Shown: positions 60,352 through 64,000 of the stretch, one piece after another
Numbering within the stretch: position 1 is the first letter of the stretch
Layout of the letters: the number at the start of each line of letters is the position of its first letter
Source: Macrostomum lignano
Taxonomy: Eukaryota
Length of the DNA: 64,000 bases
Direction: 5' to 3'
NCBI GenBank assembly: GCA_002269645.1
Contig: NIVC01001046.1
Coordinates: forward strand, 1-64,000
Translations under genes and position numbers: made by a program
The notes under the pieces: generated by a model
The model's input: only the letters and a program-made list of their open reading frames with translations
Database searches by the model: none
Told to the model about the DNA's origin: nothing

Positions 60352-62657
60352 ATGGCAAGTTATATATCCTGACTGTCTTTAGGCTTCCTGACCCTGACAT
60401 ACCTCTATAGATCCTGGCACACCTCTATAGATCCTGACACACCTCTATAGATCCTGGCACACCTCTATAGATCCTGACACACCTCTATAGATCCTGGCAC
60501 CTCTCTTCTCTAAGATTCTGACACACCTCTATAGATCCTGGCACCTCTCTTCTCTATAGATTCTGACACATCTCTATAGATCCTGGCACCTCTCTATAGA
60601 TTCTGACACACCTCTATAGATCCTGGCACCTCTCTATAGATCGTGACACACCTCTATAGATCGTGACACACCTCTTTAGATCGTGACACACCTCTATAGA
60701 TCGTGACACAACTCTATAGATCGTGACACACCTCTATAGATCGTGACACACCTCTATAGATCGTGACACACCTCTATAGATCGTGACACACCTCTTTAGA
60801 TCGTGACACACCTCTATAGATCGTGACACACCTCTATAGATCGTGACACACCTCTATAGATCGTGACACACCTCTATAGATCGTGACACACATTTACAGA
60901 TGCTGACGCAAAGAAATGGACGCCATTAGATACCCTGCTTGCTATTTTCAAGCCATAAAAATCAATAAAGCAGTCTAGAATCATACCACCAATGCATTTA
61001 TTTTGTAAACCACTCTCAACTCCAAATTTCAGTCCACCTCTCCAAGCACTCCATCAACCGAAGCAGGCAGCCCCTGTATAGGCTCAGCTTCCAGTGCCGC
61101 AGTTTCAGCCGGACTGAAATTTAAAACAGAGTTGTGCCGGAACTTCGAAGTGAGTCCTACACAGCTCTGCTGCTCTTGCTGCTTTATTTTCGTAAAACCG
61201 CCATCTGACACCCCACCCACAACCTGCCCCTATCCTCTCTGACACCCCCAAAATCTGCCCCTATCCTCTCTGACACCCCCAATCTGCCCCTATCCTCTCT
61301 GACACCCCAATCTGCCCCTATCCTCTCTGCCACTCCCACAATCTGCCCCTATCCTCTCTGACACCCCCAAAATCTGCCCCTATCCTCTCTGACACCCCCA
61401 ATCTGCCCCTATCCTCTCTGACACCCCCAATCTGCCCCTATCCTCTCTGCCACTCCCACAATCTGCCCCTATCCTCTCTGACACTCCCACAATCTGCCCC
61501 TATCCTCTCTGACACCCCCAATCTGCCCCTATCCTCTCTAACACCCCACAATCTGCCCCTATCCTCTCTAACACCCCACAATCTGCCCCTATCCTCTCTG
61601 CCACTCCCACAATCTGCCCCTATCCTCTCTGCCACTCCCACAATCTGCCCCTATCCTCTCTGACACCCCCAATCTGCCCCTATCCTCTCTAACACCCCAC
61701 AATCTGCCCCTATCCTCTCTAACGACCCACAATCTGCCCCTATCCTCTCTGACACCCCACAACCTGCCCCTAATCCTCTCTGACACCCCACAATCTGGCC
61801 CTAATCCTCTCTGCCACTCCCACAATCTGGCACCTAATCCTCTCTGGCACCCCCACAATCTGGCACCTAATCCTCTCTGGCACCCCCACAATCTGCCCCT
61901 AATCCTCTCTGGCACCCCCACAATCTGCCCCTAATCCTCTCTGCCACTCCCACAATCTGGCACCTAATCCTCTCTGGCACCCTCACAATCTGGCACCTAA
62001 TCCTCTCTGGCACCCCCACAATCTGGCACCTAATCCTCTCTGGCACCCCCACAATCTGCCCCTAATCCTCTCTGGCACCCCCACAATCTGCCCCTAATCC
62101 TCTCTGATGGGGTCCCTTGACAAGTCCCCATCCGCCCCTGACAAGTCCCAATCCGCCCCTGACAAGTCCCCATCCGCCCCTGACAAGTCCCAATCCGCCC
62201 CTGACAAGTCCCCATCCGCCCCTGACAAGTCCCCATCCGCCCCTGACAAGTCACCATCCGCCCCTGACAAGTCCCCATCCGCCCCTGACAAGTCACCATC
62301 CGCCCCTGACAAGTCCCCATCCGCCCCTGACAAGTCACCATCCGCCCCTGACAAGTCACCATCCGCCCCTGACAAGTCACCATCCGCCCCTGGCAAGTCA
62401 CCATCCGCCCCTGGCAAGTCACCATCCGCCCCTGACAAGTCACCATCCGCCCCTGACAAGTCACCAGCCGCATCCACCCCGCACTCCCGCAGCTCAGCGG
62501 CAGCTGCCCTTTTGCCAACCGGTGCCAATTCGCCCACGGCCCCGAGGAGCTGCGAGGCCGGCCCGACCGGCACTGGCTGTACAAAACGGAGCCCTGCCGC
62601 GCTTTCCATGGCGAAGGACTCTGCCGGTACGGCGGCCGCTGTCATTTTCTACACTGA
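60352..62657 (+). CDS. TIS11/ZFP36-type tandem CCCH zinc-finger RNA-binding protein 2; exons 61033-61149 and 62493-62657, with the start codon probably at 60352-60354; about 94 aa
   Basis: TTTCAG|STSPSTPSTEAGSPCIGSASSAAVSAGLKFKTELCRNFE|GTGAGT (phase 0); CCGCAG|LSGSCPFANRCQFAHGPEELRGRPDRHWLYKTEPCRAFHGEGLCRYGGRCHFLH*. Two C-x8-C-x5-C-x3-H fingers, and the intron splits finger 1 at a closely equivalent position to gene 1. First exon inferred from ATG|GCAAGT (GC donor). Not in the ORF track. Confidence 0.88.
60395..60895. repeat. 20-bp minisatellite (CACCTCTATAGATCGTGACA)
   Basis: Tandem units in the putative intron 1 of CCCH gene 2. Confidence 0.93.
61205..62105. repeat. About 30-bp C-rich minisatellite (CAATCTGCCCCTATCCTCTCTGACACCCCC)
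   Basis: Tandem units in the intron of CCCH gene 2. Confidence 0.93.
62120..62465. repeat. 21-bp minisatellite (CCTGACAAGTCACCATCCGCC)
   Basis: Tandem units ending just before the 62493 exon. Confidence 0.93.
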
Positions 62658-63044
62658 TTGACTTATGTGCATAGTTGTATGTATGTTTGTATTTATGTGT
62701 ATATACGTCCATATGCTTAAAAATACAGACTTTACAGACTTATTTAAAAAATAATCCAACATATACTCAATTCCCGTTAAATTCTATTTAACTGACTTAT
62801 TTTCTTGAAAATCAAATTTTCATACTGCGGTGAAGCTGATAAACTAAGAAGAGAATGCAACAAGGGAGGAAATAGGAGAGGAAATGGCGGGAGGCAACTT
62901 AGCGTCGGTTCGATATTCGGTGCCGCTCAGCTTAAGCTATTCGCCTCACTTATTGTACTCATGTTTCTCTGTACTCGTGCTTTGAAATCTGTGACAATGA
63001 ATTCATAGATGGGTGGACCTTTTTTCTAAACCTTTCTGCAAAGT

Positions 63045-63720
63045 CTCCGTCTCATTCTCCGCTCCTCTCCGATCCCTTCGCCCGCTCTGCCCCTCTCCGC
63101 CCCTCTCCGCCCCTCTCCGCCCCTCTCCGTTCCTCTCCGCTCCTCTCCGCTCCTCTCCGCCCCTCTCAGCCACTCTCCGCCCCTCTCAGCCACTCTCCGC
63201 CCCTCCCAGCCACTTTCCGCCCTCTCCGCCCCTCTCCGCCACTCTCCGCTCCTCTCCGCCCCTCTCCGCCACTCTCCACCCTCTCCGCCCCTCTCAGCCA
63301 CTCTCCGCCCCTCTCAGCCACTCTCCGCCCCTCTCAGCCACTTTCCGCCCTCTCCGCTCCTCTCCGCCCCTCTCCGCCACTCTCCGCTCCTCTCCGCCAC
63401 TCTCCACCCCTCTCCGCCCCTCTCCGCTCCTCTCCGCCCCTCTCCGCCACTCTCCACCCCTCCGCCCCTCTCAGCCACTCTCCGCCCCTCTCAGCCACTC
63501 TCCGCCCCTCTCAGCCACTTTCCGCCCTCTCCGCCCCTCTCCGCCACTCTCCGCTCCTCTCCGCCACTCTCCACCCCTCTCCGCCCCTCTCCGCTCCTCT
63601 CGGTCCCTCTCCGCCACTCTCCAACCCTCTCCGCCCTCTCAGCCACTCTCAGCCACTCTCCGCCCCTCTCCGCCACTCTCCGCTCCTCTCCGCCCCTCTC
63701 CGCCCCTCCCCGTCCTCTCT
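63045..63720. repeat. 10-bp CCGCCCCTCT-type repeat
   Basis: Same core as 55495-56770. Confidence 0.93.
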
Positions 63721-63769
63721 GCTCCTCTCCAGAAAAAATCAGAAGGGTGGGGACGGGAGAGGAGAGCAG

Positions 63770-64000
63770 GAGAGAGTGACAGGGTGAGAGAGAGTGACAG
63801 GGGGAAAGAGAGTGACAGGCCGGGAGAGAGTGACAGGCCGGGAGAGAGTGACAGGCCGGGAGAGAGTGACAGGGGCCGGGAGAGAGTGACAGGCCGGGAG
63901 AGAGTGACAGGCCGGGAGAGAGTGACAGAGGCCGGGAGAGAGTGACAGGGGCCGGGAGAGAGTGACAGGCCAGGAGAGAGTGACAGGCTGGGAGAGAGTG
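63770..64000. repeat. 18-bp repeat (GGCCGGGAGAGAGTGACA), runs to the window edge
   Basis: Tandem units. Confidence 0.9.

Noticed and set aside
62030-62674. Listed ORFs 62030-62584, 62094-62645, 62107-62661 and 62117-62674
   Set aside because: Repeat-derived or out-of-frame/antisense shadows; the real exon is in the remaining + frame (62493-62657).

Overview
Eukaryotic (metazoan) genomic DNA. Compact genes are split by introns, and both introns and intergenic spacers are packed with mini- and microsatellites; most long ORFs in the supplied track are translations of these repeats. The style resembles a repeat-rich free-living flatworm genome such as Macrostomum (inference only, not verifiable here). 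Genes reconstructed by hand with splice sites: GGACT (+, 2 exons); an orphan secreted 8-Cys protein (+, 2 exons) with a partial decayed copy; an NCS-2/frequenin-family EF-hand calcium sensor (-, 3 coding exons); a short ankyrin-repeat ORF (+); SNAPC1 (-); nanos (+, 2 exons) with a zinc-finger-less decayed copy; and two tiny TIS11/ZFP36-type tandem-CCCH RNA-binding genes that the ORF track misses (47381-49266 on -, 60352-62657 on +). The two CCCH genes flank nanos. Mobile DNA: a frameshifted PGBD4-like piggyBac, four MITE families with TIRs and TSDs, tRNA-derived SINE copies and a probable decayed hAT. The most striking structure is the nanos/tandem-CCCH cluster (43-63 kb). It carries a duplicated non-coding block, a triplicated element near the genes and a 4.4-kb higher-order satellite between the divergent promoters.
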